Below, in pieces: positions 63,201 to 64,000 of a stretch of DNA of 64,000 bases (the stretch's first letter is position 1; each line of letters starts with the position of its first letter). The notes beneath the pieces were generated by a model, which ran no database searches, was not told the origin of the DNA, and worked only from the letters and a program-made list of their open reading frames with translations. The DNA is from Marsupella aquatica. Lineage: Eukaryota; Plantae; Marchantiophyta. The position numbers were made by a program, and so were the translations under genes. The stretch covers positions 16,290,148 through 16,354,147 of the forward strand of contig OZ316891.1 of the NCBI GenBank assembly GCA_973895155.1, written 5' to 3'.

Positions 63201-64000
63201 AGGTGTCATCCCTGGTTGGAATGGCATTGATGGGATCGTCCTCCTCCTCTTCGGCTTCTCTCTGCCTCCTGCTCTGCTGCTTGGCTGGCTTCTTGGGTGC
63301 CGCCGACCTCGTTCTTTTTGCCGGGGTGGCTTCATCGTTGACGGCTCCCTTACTCTTCATTTCGGCTCCCGTGGATGTCTCTCCTAGCACGGTTGCCTTT
63401 GTCCACCCCTCCGTGCTACCCTTCAACTACTAGTGTATGTTGTTGCAGCGTTTGATGGCTTCTCGGATGCGGACGACTCTATCTTCGCAAAACAGAAGAT
63501 CGTCGAGCTGATTGGAAGTAGGAGTCCACAAGAACTCGGCCTTGATGAGTTTGCCTCCTAAGAAAGCCGTCTTTTGCAGCTCCCACAATCGAGCGAGCTC
63601 CTGCCATTCTCGAGCTACCCTTTCTGATTCTTTGTCCTCGTAAGTCTTGATGTACTCAGTTGCCCGTTCGAACAGGCATCCCCAGAAATGTGCCGCTTGA
63701 TTGACGTTGCTCATACCCTCCTTGAGTCGATCGTTGGTATCTGTTCCCACCCCGAGTGCTTGTCTAAGCAGTTGACAGCATTTGGCCTCCCGTAGTCGTC
63801 TGCCCAGTTCGTTCTTGCAAATGAGCCACTATTCCTCGCGAGCGGTCCTTACCCCTCTCCTCTTCCGGTCCTTCCTTCCGTTGATCCTTCCTAGCCGCTG
63901 ACGCTTAGCGCGCCCTAACCCTAATCTTGTTTTCACCCCCAGTGTCCTTACCTCCGGCCTCGGCCCGGGTTCCATAGTCGCCCCTAATTGTTTATATTTT
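60296..64000 (-). mobile_element. Diverged (subfamily) copy of the ORF-bearing Gypsy LTR, 3' part deleted, continuing beyond the window
   Basis: ORF pieces 60271-63750 are homologous to the LTR ORF, with an in-frame insertion and a divergent C-terminus; several stops. Confidence 0.92.

Overview
Eukaryotic, TE-rich land-plant DNA; a bryophyte/lycophyte-like origin is inferred, not proven. It contains one intact host gene, a 9-exon GT106/O-fucosyltransferase-family gene at 22537-26393 with a GC-AG intron, surrounded by nested mobile elements. The centrepiece is a recently inserted 15.5-kb Ty3/Gypsy element (40604-56121, minus strand, TSD CAACT). Each of its two ~4.65-kb LTRs carries a ~3.5-kb, ~1180-aa ORF. 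Its pol ORF reads through the PPT into the 3' LTR, and its protease/RT junction has a textbook -1 ribosomal frameshift signal (G GAU UUU, 5-nt spacer, 10-bp stem, possible pseudoknot). Two more diverged copies of the ORF-bearing LTR lie at 5.9-7.35 kb and 60.3-64 kb. A second unusual item is a spliced, decayed gene at 1.57-5.75 kb that fuses a ParB/sulfiredoxin-like domain to a bacterial beta-class N4C/N6A DNA-methyltransferase-like domain. Also present: four L1-type LINEs sharing a 3' YCCG-tetraloop hairpin, a Gypsy integrase remnant ending in a PHD finger, a TIR element, Helitron-type ends, Copia remnants and a foldback repeat. All domain calls are by-eye motif recognition; no searches were run.
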